From assembly GCF_009914755.1 (NCBI RefSeq), contig NC_060929.1: 64,000 bases of DNA; one strand, written 5' to 3'. Both the position numbers and the translations under genes were made by a program. Numbering within the stretch: the first letter of the stretch is position 1; every line of letters starts with the position of its first letter. Under the pieces are notes generated by a model. It worked only from the letters and a program-made list of their open reading frames with translations. It was not told the DNA's origin and did no database searches. Source of the DNA: the human T2T-CHM13v2.0 reference genome, Homo sapiens. Shown in pieces: positions 32,501-47,008 of this stretch.

Positions 32501-34619
32501 ACAGCAGCCTTCCTGATGTAAAGAATAAATGGCCAATGCAAAAAGACAGTGGGAGAACTGCAAACCCACTGACCATGCTATTCATGTTATTTCATTAAAA
32601 TGTCCATTAATAACTTCAGATATGGCATGAAAACAAAATCCGTGCTGCAGTAAAATGAAGAAAAGGTTTATACTGTAAAGATTTGAAATTCAGTTGATAA
32701 TGAGGCCTAAGGGGAAAGAGTATAAAGCACTGGTATAAATAAAGGCAGCTCTTAGAGCTATCAAACATAAAACGTAGACTGAACTGTAATAGCAGGAAGC
32801 CTATTTATTTTAAGAGTCCTTTTTGAGGTTACTGCTAAAACAACAACAACAAAAATCAAAACAAAATAAAGGATTCCATTGGATACCTAGTCAGTTACTT
32901 ATATTATACAGCTTTTCTACTTGGGGGTAGGTTACATTAAAACATAAAACTATAACAAAACTATGCCACAAAAGTATTGAATTCATTATTACTATATTGT
33001 AATATTCAGAGCACAGGGCATACAGGTATTTTACAAAGAGGCAGGACCCGTTTGACTTGGGGAAGGATAACGGCCCTGGCATTACTTATGCCCCACCCTC
33101 TACCCATTCACTGGGAGGAGGGTACTGTTAGAAAATCAAAATGAGTGACTATCCTTAATAATGTTGGGCATCAAATTAATTGAAGAAGACTTTAGACTAT
33201 AATCCAAAATAGGGAAGGATTTAAATTTTCTTTTAGAATAATAAAGACATAATTCAATGCATGATGGAGGTGATCTAATGGGAAGCAATATCATATATAA
33301 AACATCTAGGAACCCTTGTTAAGTTGGTCAGTCAGTTCCCAAATTGCCACAAGACATCAAACAGCAAAGTTAGCTAAACTCGGGAAAATAACGCCTGTTG
33401 GATGTACGAGTGTGGGTCTGTATGTGAGACTGTGTAAATGGTCTGTGTGTTTTTCTTTCAACTTTTCTTCTCCTGTATGGTCTCAATATAATAATACATT
33501 TTAAGTAAATAACTTCTTTTTAGGCTTTCATGTGTATGCTTCATGTGCAGAAAATGGTAGTCAAGGCACGAAACAAAAGAGGGAAAAGTAAAGCCCCTTT
33601 TTGATCAAAGGCAGGCATGAGTATGGGTGACAGAGATTTTGTTGAGGATATCAAAGTGCAGAGAAATTAAGATAAATCTTCTTTATTTTTTACATCCCCC
33701 ATCACCATACAGGAAGAAAAGAGTTATAGCAGATATAGGAGATAAACTGCTCAAATTACAGAAACAATAGCAACATCTATGCTGGTTAGCCAAACAATAA
33801 TGCACATGTAGATGATTCTTTGTCCTCAGTAAGCATACTAACTGTCTTAGGGGTATTAAATAAGTTTGAATTTGTGTAGTTGTAAGTAATCTGAATCATT
33901 AATAAAACACATGTGTTCTGACAGAGTTCAATTTAGAATGTGGCTGTTATCTCAATCAAAGGCCTTCTGTTAGTAAGCTACCAACAGGATGATGGTTTAT
34001 GTGCATCAAGAGCTCAGGCAATCAATGTCAATGATATGCAAAGACCTCAACTCTAGCGGTTTTTTATGATTTGAGATATTCTAGATTATTTAACAGACCA
34101 AAACATATTTCTAGCATGGCATTAAAGAATATGCAAAAACTTTGTTTCAAAGTAAGGTACACACACACATGCATACAAAACTGATCAAATATCTACTAAA
34201 ATACTTCTATCTACTGGAATTTAAGCATTCTAAAATTTTTGGAAAAATTTCATGTATATCAACAGTTTTTTTTAAATCAAAGTGTATTTCTATTTTCAAA
34301 GAAATTCAACAACAATGAAGATGATATGAGTTATATCATTTTAGGAAACTGAGTAAATATTTCCAAATGCATGCAAGGTCCTGCCAATTTGACATGATTT
34401 CAATCTTGATAATCATGCCCTACTCATTCTCTAAAATTCCACTCTGAGCATTTTTTTTCCATACCTTTCCATACATTTTGGTGTTTTTTCATTTGTTCGT
34501 TTTCATGGACCTAAGTCTGAACAATATTCTGGTGTGTTTTACGTGGTGAAATCAGTTTCACTTTTAGATATAAATTCCTGAGATAGTCAAATTTTATGGC
34601 AATAAATCTTAATGAGTAA

Positions 34620-34937
<318 letters not shown>

Positions 34938-35329
34938 TTATATACTACTTTTTGAGTTAAAATAAGATAAGTTGATTAAATGATGAGAGAAGTTTCATTA
35001 TGTTCATGAATTGGTTCTGAAACAATTTTACGGAGATATTTAGGAAACATTTTAAGAAATGGTAACTATCAGTGGGAAAAGTAAAAATCTTTAATTTCTC
35101 CAAAGGAAAACATTTATTATTAGTCCAATCCTTCAGAGACAGGAAAGCAAGCACCTCATGAATGATCATTCGCTTTGGTTGCTATTTTGTTATTTTATTC
35201 TTCTATTCCTTTTTAGAGAATAGATTTGAGGAGCCATTAGTCCTTTAAAAATAGCTCCACGTTTGCAGGTAGCTCCTTTTTTAGTTTATATCTCTACCAG
35301 GCTCTGTGCTATTTCTTCTTAAGTATATA

Positions 35330-35580
35330 TCAAAATGATTCCTTCTCTGTGATGATATCCCCATCTACTTCAGGCAGATTTATCATATCTTCCTAAGTCT
35401 TCTCTCTGACTTCGGCAAATCCAGCAGTTAAAGCACTTTATGTATTTTATAATGTTCACTATCTTTCCTCTTTATAGATGAGCTTATTCTAAGAACACAA
35501 ATTATATTTTACTTAACTTTTTATCCTAAGTGCTTACTTTGGGAAGAACACATAGCAGGTATTCTTAATTTTATTGTTGC
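35330..35580 (+). mobile_element. L2 3' relic
   Basis: L2-like end: tagatgagctt...tttttatcctaagtgctt...acacatagcaggtattcttaa. Confidence 0.5.
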
Positions 35581-37929
35581 TGCATTTAAACTGTAATATA
35601 ATGGAAAAGACAAAAAGGAGGAGATAAATAAGCACACAGTAAATGCAAAAGTAGAAGTGATTTTCTTCAAAGCACTCTGGAGTGAATAAATTTAAAATAT
35701 CAAGGTAATTACACTTCAAATGTCAGAAGAAATAATAAAGGAGAAAATATAAAAATTTTTCTACATGTTTCCAAAATATCTTCTTGATAAAAGAAGAAAT
35801 CAGGAAATCTGAAGTGGAAAAAAAGTCCTGAAAACCAGTGTCAGTAATTAAAACAAAAGAAAACAAACAAACAAAACTGTCATCAATTTGGCTTTCTAAA
35901 ATACGAGCAGCAACATTCCAGTTTGAAGGGAGAGAAGCAAACTATGTAGAAATATATACTGCAAGGAAAATATCAGTGAGTTGAAACTAAGAAATTTATT
36001 GGAAAGTATAACAGGTATACTTTAGGAAATTGACTCAATTGTTACCTTACCAAATAGGCTGAAAAGACTTCTATTATTTGCAAAGAAAAAAGTGTTTTCC
36101 AAACTGGATATCAATTGTGTGCTAGACAAGCATGGTTGACTGATCTGAAGTTTTTTGACTGGGGAAAAGAATGAGAGAAGAAAAATGGAAAGAATCTTGT
36201 GCTTTATTACTGTGATTTGTAGGTGGTAAAGAAATATAAAAATATGAGGTATTATTAAAATATATTTAAAGCATATTTGAAAATCTGTGATGGCAAGAAC
36301 AGAGCCTATGATGAAGGTGGCAGAATTCAGGTAAGTTAAGGTCAGAGCTCTGATTGCTCACTTCAACAGTATCTGGAGGAAGTCAGCTACATCAAGTAGC
36401 TTCTTAATGAGAATATATGTCACAGCACTCTCTATATTAGTCATAGGACATAATGAAGTTTAATAAATGTGTAAGATTTGAATATGTCCTATTATATTTC
36501 ATTAAAATATTTTTAAAAATTAATTACATGTCATTAAATGCTTAAGAGAGGAATAAGGAATCAAACCAACAAAAAAGACACAATAAAGAAACTAAATAAT
36601 ATATAAATTTAAAACTATTTAAAATATAAATAAACTAACAAAGAATTTCATGAAAATGACAATATGATTTCATCTCGTTTATTTTTACTTCCAACTCCTG
36701 AGCTACCTTTCCTGAATTAATCAGGTGCTGGGTCTAAAAGACAAGTGAGAACTCAGATGCTGCTGGAAACAGGAAGAAGAAAGCTAGTGAAAATGTTCCT
36801 TTGTGTTCGATCAGAACCTGTGGTTCCCTGACAGTCCTGCAGTGAGAAGCAGAAAAATATAGATCCTTGGTTGAATTTGGCCCACTGAGATTTGTGGAAT
36901 CTCTGGAAGAAGAGTGCAGTAATTGAGTATGGGGACTCTTAAACACCTTCAAGTCAATGAAATAAAAAAAAAAATGTTGGCTGAATCCTTTCCAAGTCTA
37001 CCACTAGAAAAATACAAAGAGACTGAAGAGCAGAAAGATTTTGCACTGTCAGGAAATCGCCCTCCCACCTAATATTGCATACCTGGCCTACAGCAGAGAC
37101 AATGGTATTTCTACCCTTTATAATTGTTGTTCCCTCAGATAGCTGGAGTTTAGACTACCCAAGCCCAGTGAGCAGTCAAAGCAATGCTGATGATGTTGAT
37201 AGTAATACTATTCATAGTAGTGATAATAAAATAATACCCACAAAGTGTTTGATAACTAGAAAGAGAAATTTTTGTCCTCATGGGAGCATATATTTTAGTA
37301 CAACAAACTGATCATGTATATCAGCAACCACATCTGAGTATATAATTAAGACCCCAGTGGAGAAAGTGATTTCATCTTTGAAGATTTGTTTTATTTTTTG
37401 CTTGTTTTCATGGAACTGAGATTGCCTAAAAAGCATAAATAACTACAGAAGATGAAGGTACTGAGCATAGAGTTATGGGGGGTTACTACTTCTCATGATC
37501 TATTAGGAAAAGATGGATTATTCATTCTAACTGTGGCCTTCTTATGTGACCAAATTTCCAGGCAGTTTGTAGCGGTAAGGTAGAAAGCAATCCTGAAGGC
37601 CTGTGTGTGACTGGAGGGTGGTAATCTCAGTGGGAACATGTGGAGCTCTTCAAGCCTCCCTTTAGTTTTCTTGTGAGTGATACATGTCTAAGTGTCAGGG
37701 GTGGGAATTTTTCCCAAATCTCATGATACATGAGGCACCTGTGTATTAAAAAAAGTTAAAAAATTTTTTTTCACCCCAAAAATCATTTTGATGACTATTA
37801 AATTAAAAAGCAAAATATAAAATGCTCTTTTCACCAAAACTGGAATTATGCAGAAATCTATTTGCATTTAGGTAAGTACTAGAAGATCATATAAAAAACT
37901 TCAAAACTTTGTTTTGTGCAGGCATTTTA

Positions 37930-38080
37930 AAATTTAGAGATTATACAGTAGGAACTTGTCCTTTGACTAGTGATAAAACAGACACAGAGGATAATCATTC
38001 ACATAATTCACCCAACCAGTAAGATTGAAAACTAGAAATCATTCCTCATAACTTTCACTTGGTGATGTTTCTACTACAGC
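37930..38080 (-). mobile_element. MIR relic
   Basis: gataaaacagacacagagg...gtttctactacagc is a reverse MIR pattern. Confidence 0.45.
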
Positions 38081-38099
38081 CTGGAGTCTCAAAAGTACA

Positions 38100-38470
38100 A
38101 TTTGTTTTTTAATGTTTGTTCATTTAGGGTAGGTTTATGATACTCAACAATACACAATGATATAAAAAATGAAATACTCATTATTTACTCTTCCACTTCC
38201 TTAGAAATAACCAATGTTAATTACTTTGTATTTGTCTTTCCACAAACTATTTGTGCATATGCAGTTACATACATAGATATTTTAAAGGAAATTGTGTTTT
38301 TGTACAAATGGATCACACTCTAAATTTTTCCCCAAATCCTGATTCTTTCACCAATAAATATGTTGTTTTTAGTCCATAAAAATACATGTAGATTGATTTA
38401 ATTACTGTTGAATGGTCTGTTATGTAGATTATAGATCATTTATTTAGTCAGTGCTCTATGTTTTAATGTT
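38100..38470 (-). mobile_element. L1ME-type 3' fragment
   Basis: Reverse L1ME 3'UTR motifs: agaaataaccaatgttaa, aaatggatcacactcta, tttatttagtcagt. Confidence 0.5.
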
Positions 38471-38472
38471 TA

Positions 38473-38916
38473 TAATGCAGGTGCCCCTCAGATTTAATTT
38501 AGGCAGTATAATCGGCTGAGTACCCCAGCTGCAGCACCTGTAAACCCATTGCTATATTTCCAACAAGGTCATGCTTCTCATGAATTCCTCCTAGCCAGTG
38601 AAAGACCGTAGCAAAGAAAGTAAGGCAGGCCTATTTCTGGAAGACACAGGAATCCTCTGTTATGTGACTTTAACTTGAGTCCTCTCTGACAGCCTAGCAG
38701 AAAATTTCACAAATCTGCACTCAATCTGTAAAGTCTACAATGGCTTCTGTTTAACCTTCCCTTCTTTTTCTTTTCTTCATTCTGGGTCATACTTGCATCA
38801 AACAGCTCTCCCAACCTACTGGCTCCTTCTCATTTTTCTCATAGGTATTTCCACTATTTGCACATTTATCTTTATCTTTATCTTAGTGTCTTTTTCCCAG
38901 AGGACCCAGAACAATA
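38473..38916 (+). mobile_element. LTR16C-like ERVL solo LTR
   Basis: taaggcaggcctatttctggaagacacaggaatcctctg, gctctcccaacct, terminal cagaggacccagaacaata match the recalled LTR16C consensus. Confidence 0.7.
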
Positions 38917-41134
38917 TGTTTACTTTTTCCCATATAGTTGGTAATACACATAAAGCATACTTGAGTGAAAAAAAATCAGCATAATTTTTTAAGAAATTAT
39001 GTCCTAAGATTTGCTTGATGTTTTTATCAATTATACTCAGATCTCTTGCAGCCAAGTAGAGTTGGATTAGATGTGATAGAAGGATTTGAATACCCTTATT
39101 CAATACAGCTCATTAAAACTATGTTTGTTTTGAAGAGTTGTTTGTTTTCCATCTCCCAAAGCTATGCCAGTTAACATGATTTATTGATATAGAGAACAGG
39201 ACTATTCACTGTTAATTATATTCTAAACAATAACACTTCATCACCAGTTTATTTAGTGTTAGTACCAGCCTAATGGGAAAAAATACTAGATCAGACTAAT
39301 TGTCATATTTTCATTTCAATCATTTCCTCCTTCCTTAACAGCATACTTTGTGATAGTTTGCTTGGCTTCTCAAACATTTTAGTACTCTTTCCTATATGAA
39401 TTCACAAAAAATAAAATACCATTGGACTAATAAAATATAATTTATTCATTTTATTTTAGTTGGAATAGAACACAATGAAACTATTATACAAAAAAAGTTG
39501 AGTAAATTAGCCTTAGGCAGTGACTTACAGTTTATACCAAAATGTCTGTAGGACATCATTACAATTCAGGCTAGTCATTGTCATAGACATTAAAAGAAAA
39601 TCTTGAACACTGTAAGTCCAAATTTTCACATTTCAGTATCTGAAATTGCTATGGAAAGAATTAACAGAATGAAAAATTCTTGCAAATTATACTTCATTTA
39701 TTTTAACCATTAGTCTTCACTTAACCCAAGGATCATTCTGTTGACTATTAACTCTAAGGCAAGGTATTAAGTGCTGTTTAAGTAATTATAATTTATTCAA
39801 TTTTTAATGAACAAGCTCTTTCAAATGATACTATATTATTTGGCATTAAGTAAATTGTCAGTAAGCAAATTTTTACTTTGTTAAAGCTAGCAAAATTTTT
39901 CAATAGTCAAGTGATAAATTTCATGGATAAATATCTAAACTTAGATTTAGTCTGACCAAAAGAAGAAAATTTGAACAAGCTGATGTAATTTTGCGCTGGT
40001 ACCTGGGTGTTAAAATCTCATTAAGCATAGAAGCCTAACATGCCAAATAAATACCATAGGTACAATTCAGATAATAAGCAAAGTAGTCTGTAACTGTAAG
40101 AATCATGTAAATGTGTAGAATATACAAATAACCAATGCTGGTTAACATAAGTTCACCCTCTTGCTATTCAACAATTTTGTCAGCAGATTCATGATTTGTA
40201 TCTAGTCTAAGAATTGTCCCAGTTTTCTTTGAACTGGTGTTATAGATATATTTGTTAAATCAGCTGTATATTTACTAACACAAGGACTCCAAAATTGCTA
40301 GCAAGAATCATAACATACTAAATCTAATGCTCCTATCACAACTCTAATGGGTGAAAATTCTTATGAGAATAAGAATGTCCCTTCTTAACTCTATTTGATA
40401 TTCTACTACCTGACCATGAGATCTTTACTGTCTTTTTTTTTTTTTAGGTGAGTCTTCTGTTTATGAATTCTATTGTCTAGTACATTTTTTATTACTTCAT
40501 TACTGCATTGTCTCAACAGCTGTGAAAGTTTGTACTCTATGGTTCTATGTCTCATATGCATAAAGAAAGATACTAAAGTTTCAATGATTGGCTAATATCC
40601 AATCAAGAATGCCTCCTGGTATCTTTTTAGAGGTGCAGAGCTAAAATTTAAAAGTCAGTTTTTCTGCATAGTGACTACACTCTGGGTAAATTTATTGACA
40701 TCAATCAAACGCACATTAAATCAAAACATCCCAAATCCCCAAATTTAATGGTTATATTATATAGTATATTATAAAGTCTAGAAGCCTGATGTATGTGAAA
40801 AACAAGCATAGGATTTTCTATTCCTTAGGAAGTTTTCCTTGATAAATCCAATTAGCAGCAAAATTTGACAAGTGAATTTTCCCTTTTTGTTGTAGTTGAG
40901 TAGATACCATTGGACAAATTCACCCACATACAACAGCTAAACATTTTGGAAAAATTTCTATACACACACACTACCTAAAGGCACTGGAGAAAAATCAAAA
41001 GTATACAAATTCTGGAAGAGGCAGAAGACACTCCTGGCATGAAAGGAATAGTACCAGATGTGTTTCCTGGTTATACACCTTTTAGCTTGAGAGTAGGATT
41101 CAGTCTATGCTGTGTATGGCTAAACCTCAGTAAA

Positions 41135-43968
41135 ACCAAGAGATGCTTATTCAAAAAAAACTCAACAAAATTGCTAAAACTTTTCGTATATTGACTAAGA
41201 AAAAGAGAAGACAACTAACTATATTCAGGAACGAAAAAGACATCACAGCTGATTTTACAGAAATAAAAGGAATTTTAAGAGAGTACTGTGAACAATTACT
41301 TGAAAACAAATTGGATAACCTATATAAAATTTATAATTTCCTATAAACACACAACCTAACAAGATTGAATCATAAACAGAAAATTTGAAGAGAACTAAAG
41401 CAAGTAAGGAGACTAAGTTAGTAATTTAAAGTCTCACAACAAAGAAAAGCACAGTCTTAAATGACTTCATTGGTGTATTCTACCAAACATTGAAAAAGAT
41501 ATTATCACAAATCACCTCAAAATCTTCAATAATTCAAGAGGAGGGAGCATTATCCAAAAATCCTTAAAAAAGTTTAGCATTTTCCTGATAGCAAAGCTAG
41601 ACAAAAACACTACAAGAAAATGAAACTACAGAACAATATCTCTTAGAAGTATTGATGCAAAAATTCTCAAAAAAATATTAGAAAATATAATTAAACAGCA
41701 CATTAAAAGACTTTTTACACTATGACCAAGTAGAATTTATTCCTGGAACTCAAGGATGGCTCAACATATAAAAATCAATCAGTGTAATTCACCACATTAA
41801 TATAATGGTTGAAAATCTCTCACATAATCATTTTATTGATCTGAAAGTATTTGAAAAACTTCAACACCTTTTTATGATAAAAACACTGAACAAATTTGGG
41901 ATAGAAGGGTGCCTCAACATAAAAAAGCCATATAGGAAAATCCCACAGCTAATATTATACTCAATGGTAAAAAACTGAAAGTTTTTCACCTAAGATTACA
42001 AAGAAGACAAAGATGTCCACTCAATGGATGTCTTTATTTAACCGTTCAAATCAGAAAGTGGATTTGCAAAGTTGTAAGGTACAAAATTAATATACTAAAT
42101 CAGTTGTATTTATATACACTAACAATGAACAACCCAAAAAGGAAATTTATTTTAAAAATTCCATTTACAGTAGCATCAAAAAGAATAAAATCCTTAGGAA
42201 TAAACTTAATCAAGTAGGTCAAAGACTTGTATAATAAAAACTAAAATGTTGCTAAAAGAAATTTCAGAAGACGCAAATGAATGAAAATGCATGCCAGGTT
42301 CGTGGATTGGAAGGTTTAATGTTGTTAAGATATCAATTCCATGCAAAGCAATCTAAAGATTTAATACAACCCCTATTAAAATCCCAATGGAAATTTTTAC
42401 AAAATAGAAAAATCCATAGTAAAACTCATATAAAATTTCAAGGTACCCTCAAATAGACAAAACAGTCATGGAAAAAAGAAAAGAGCTGGAAGTCTCATAC
42501 TTTCTTCTTTCAAAACTTACTACAAAGTCCAGTGATCAAAACAGTGTGGTAACAGCATAAAGACCAACAAATAGACCAATTGGAATAGACAAAAGAGCTC
42601 AGAAATAAGCCCTTTCATATATGGTAAAGTGATTTTTGATAAGGATGCGAAGACCATTAAATGGAGAAATGAGAAAATCTGTGAAACAAATGGTGCTCAG
42701 AAAAGTGGATAGTCACATACAAATGAATGAATGCAGACCCTTCATTAAATTCTATACAAAAATCAACTCAAATTGGATGGAAGACCTAAACATAAGAGCT
42801 AAAAATATAAAAATCCCAGAAGAATAACCTAAGGGAAAATAAATATGACAATGGATTTAGCAATGATTCCTTGGACATGACACAAAAAGTACAAGAAAAA
42901 AAGTAAAAATAGATAAAATTGGACAATATCAATATCAGAATTAAAAATTTTTGTGCTTAAAGGAAATGATACAAAGAAAAGGTAACATAGAGAAGGGGAG
43001 AAAATATTTGTAATTCATACATCCAATAAAAAGTTAAGATTCAGTATAAAAAATTCTTACAACTCAATAACAACAGCAACAATAACAAAAACTCTGAGTT
43101 TAAAAATGGACAAATGAATTTAGTAGCTTGGTTAACAAGCACACAAAGAGATGCTCAACACCAGTAACCATTAGAGAAATGCAAATTGCCATGAGCTAGG
43201 ACCTCCCACCAATTACTATGCCTACTATCAAATAAGTAAATTAATAAAAGAGAAAGCAACAAGTGTTGATAAGGATATAGATAAATTGGAACCTCTGTGT
43301 GTTGTTAGCATAAGTGTAAAATGGTACAGCTATGATTTTTGGGGAGTTCCCAAAAAATCAAAAATAAATTCTATTGTCTAGAATTTGGGAGTTCCCAAAA
43401 AATCAAAAATAAAATGACCGTATCATCTATCAATTCGATTTCTGGCTCGATACTCAAAATAATAGAAAACTGGGTTTTACCCATGTTTACAGCATTATTA
43501 TTGTAAACAGCTAAAAGATGAAAGCCACACAAATGTTCATCAATGATTCAATGCATAAACAAAATGCATGATACAGTGCGTCAATGATATAATGCATAAA
43601 AATGTGGCATACAGATACAATGCAATATTATTCAAGCTCAAAAATGAATAGAATTATAATGCATGCTATAACATGGATGAACCTTAAAGACATAATACTA
43701 CATGAAATAAGCCAGTCACAAAAACACAAATACTGTAGAGTAGACAAATTCATAAAGACAGAAAGTAGAAGGGTAGTTACCAGTGTCTGGTAAGGAGGAA
43801 TACAGTATTTTTGTTTAATGGGATATAGTTTCAGTTTTGCAAGAGTTTTGGAGATTGGCTGTACAACAATGCCAATTGTACTTAATACTACAAAACTGTA
43901 TGCTTAAAAATAGTTAAGATGGTATATTTAATGTTAGATGTATTTTATCACAATTGAGATTTTTAAAA
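41135..43968 (+). mobile_element. 5'-truncated L1MB-type LINE-1 (ORF2 relic plus 3'UTR)
   Basis: Decayed ORF2 translations (DITADFTEIKGILREY; TWMNLKDIILHEISQSQK) and 3' end gcttaaaaatagttaagatggta...tattttatcacaatt. Confidence 0.88.
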
Positions 43969-44184
43969 TTATTAAATGTTTTTCATATAGGCAATGATAA
44001 AAGTGGCAAACTGGGAAAACTTTCCTACTTATGTAATAATATCTAATACACTTTGCACATGGAAAGAACTGAATAAGTGAAAGCTGGCTTATTTTAAGTA
44101 TGTATATATTTAAGTATATATATATTCAGTTTTTCCTTATATATAATTTACAATGAGCAGATGTTCATTAATGATTCATTAAGA

Positions 44185-45062
44185 CTGTGGGTTCCCTTCA
44201 AGGTTGTGGATTTCCTTTTGGCCCAAGGTGTGTCTAGAAACATCATCCATGAGCTGGAGCCTGGAACGGGGACCTTACAACTTTTCCCGGTGCTCTATTC
44301 TACTGTGGCTGAGCTGGTACCCAAGATGCAAGACAAAACCCTCTTTACCCTTTGTTCTCCTCTCCTTAAGCAGAAGGAAGGTGTCACTTATGTTGCTGAG
44401 AGCTGCACTCCCTCTGGGTTTGGGGGGAGTGGTGGTGCAAGCACTCCTTTAGCTGCCCCAGCTGGTGTCTCACTAGATCACATGCCACCCTAGTCCACTG
44501 GTTCTGAGCCCAGCACAGCACTAAGAGTTGCCTAAGAATTGTAGTCCTTGGGTCCTAGACTGCCTTTCAAGTCTGAGCAGGAAATCAGAGCATTTTGGCA
44601 TATGGCAGTAAGGCTTACCAACAAACTCAGATTCCGACCATCGGGATGGACAATTCCCCTCTGGCTACATCTGGTCCAAATGTTCCCTCTGTGTGCAGGC
44701 ACTGGTTGAACACAGCAGGGCTGTGCTCTCTGCTGTGACAGGGCAACACTGAGTTCAATGTAAAGTTCCCCATAACTACACTCTCCCTCCCCAAAGTGCA
44801 CAGACTGTCTCCCAGCTACACAGCTGCTGCTAGGGGATGGAGGAGGGGTGGTGTTAGCGATTCAAGACTGTCACTCCTGCCCTCTTCAATGTCTCTTGCA
44901 GCAATAAAAGATTAAGAGCAGGTACTGTGATTGCTCACCTGATTTCTGGTTCTGTGATGGTGCTTTTCTGTGTGCAGATAGTTGTTAAAATTTGATGTTC
45001 CTGCAGTGGGTAGGGAGGGGATAAATGCTGTAAGCTTCTATTGCAGCATGTTGCTTTGTCCT
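44185..45062 (-). mobile_element. Isolated L1 5'UTR (L1MA1-3/L1M1-type), about the first 880 nt
   Basis: Minus strand begins aggacaaagcaacatgctgcaatagaagc...caggaacatcaaattttaacaactatct, like the recalled GCAAGATGGCCGAATAGAAG start; locally GC-rich; no ORF1 follows. Confidence 0.8.
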
Positions 45063-46828
45063 GGCAATACAAATTATTTAATCGGAATTTTCAGTTTCTT
45101 CAAAAAACATTTTCTCAAGTAAGCCAAATTAAATCACTTTAATGCATAGACACTTATACAACTTAACAACACGATTAAAACATATTTTCAATTTTCCTAC
45201 TTTATATCACTATAGTTATTTAATAAGAATAATTTTTATTTATAAACTTCAGTGAAGGTGCCTATCACTGTTCATATGTGTGCCCAATTCAAATAATAGT
45301 AAATAGAATTACTGCCAAGAATCAAAGCCATTATTCCTATTAATATTTCCAAGGCAAATTTTGCTGTTTTTAAAGTTGCCTACCAAATGATCTTTTTGTG
45401 TGTAATTTAACATCGATATTGGTGTTTTAGGTATCAGTATATATATTGGATAAAAATAGGAATGTTTTAATTTATTTCATATTAAATCTATAAAAATGTA
45501 TGAGCAATTTCTTTCAAATATCCTAGACTTTATTGACCAAAATATATCCAAATATTTTGCCTCCAAGTAGTAAGAGGGGAAATCATCTATTTGCACAAAA
45601 GTGAATCAAAATCTGATTACATCAAAACTTGAAGATTCTTTTTCAAGGGAAGTTTCACCAATATCTGAACATCACCAGAAGAAAGATGCATAGTGAAGAT
45701 ATTCCTCTTCACTGGTTAAGAGGAACCTGTGCAGGGTATTCAAAGCTCTTCTCATAAAGATTCCATGCTAATCACATACTAGGTTTTCTATGTCTTTGTA
45801 GTGAAATTGCAAACACTTTAAGAGCAGGAAGCTTGCAGATGCAATGACTGAAAAATATTTAAAAGGTTGTACTGTTTGCTAGTGGAGCTGCTTTGGCCTT
45901 GTACTGAAAAGTGGCACCTGTACCTTTGAATTCGTTGTGGAATTGAAAGGAGGTAAAGAGAAAGGATCCTGGGTCAACCCTTACTGTAAAAATAAATGAT
46001 TTTCACTGGGATAAACATTGTCATCAATATTGACAATGAAAGATTTATTAACTTTACTAGTGTAGATATAATTCTAAGGCCAGTAGAATGATTGTGAACA
46101 CCTCTGTTTTCTGAAGTGGGAAAAATATTAGTTCACTCTCTGTTGATATTTGAAAGAAATGATATGTACGCCATCATGTTCCATTCATATCAAACTTCTA
46201 GGAAGGCTGTATTAAAGTAAATTAATATTTAATATTAACTGTAGCAAAAATAACTAATAATTTTCTGTAAAGATTATGATGTCATAAAGTTGTATTTAAA
46301 TGCTGTGTGTAGCTTATTTCTGGTTAAATTCTACTATCTGCTATCTGCTTCTAACAGGTAAAATATGAGCATAATAATTAAATTAAGAAAACTTTTAAAA
46401 GCAGCAATCAACAAAGTAATACATTGTGCTTCTAATTTGAAATTTGTAAAAGATGGCAACAGAAAATTATGTCCTCACTACATATTTAAGTTTGAGAAGA
46501 GTTGCATTAGGCAACACAATTTAATTCACAAAATTCTGAAAATTAAAATAAATTCCTTTGAATATAAACATAGGCACACAGAAAGGAATAGATGGCTTGT
46601 CAAAAACGATTAAAAAAAAAAAAAAAACCTTTGTAAGAGATGTTCCTATGACAGGATTCAACATTTTAGCAAAGACAAGAAAAATCACTTTTTCATTTAT
46701 CCTTAGTGAATTGAGCTGAATTTCTAAATCACAAGACTGTGCACATTCATTGGAGGATAATACATCCAATATGGTTGATTAAACAATGCAAAGGATATTT
46801 GACACAATCTCAAAAGAGAAAGCAGAAA

Positions 46829-47008
46829 GCATTTGTTTGCTAGGGCTGACATAGTAAAGTACACAGACTGGTGGCTTAACAATAAAATTTTATTTTCTCA
46901 CAGTTTCAGCAGCTAAAAATCCAAAATCAAGGTGTCAGGCAGGTTGGTTTCTTCTGAGGTCTCTCTCATTGGCATGTAGATGGCCACTGCCTATTCAGCC
47001 CATAGCAG
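46829..47008 (-). mobile_element. MLT1A-like MaLR LTR with internal deletion
   Basis: gtttgctagggctg...ttctcacagtt...aatccaaaatcaaggtgtc at one end and attcagcccatagca at the other, only ~180 bp apart. Confidence 0.75.
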
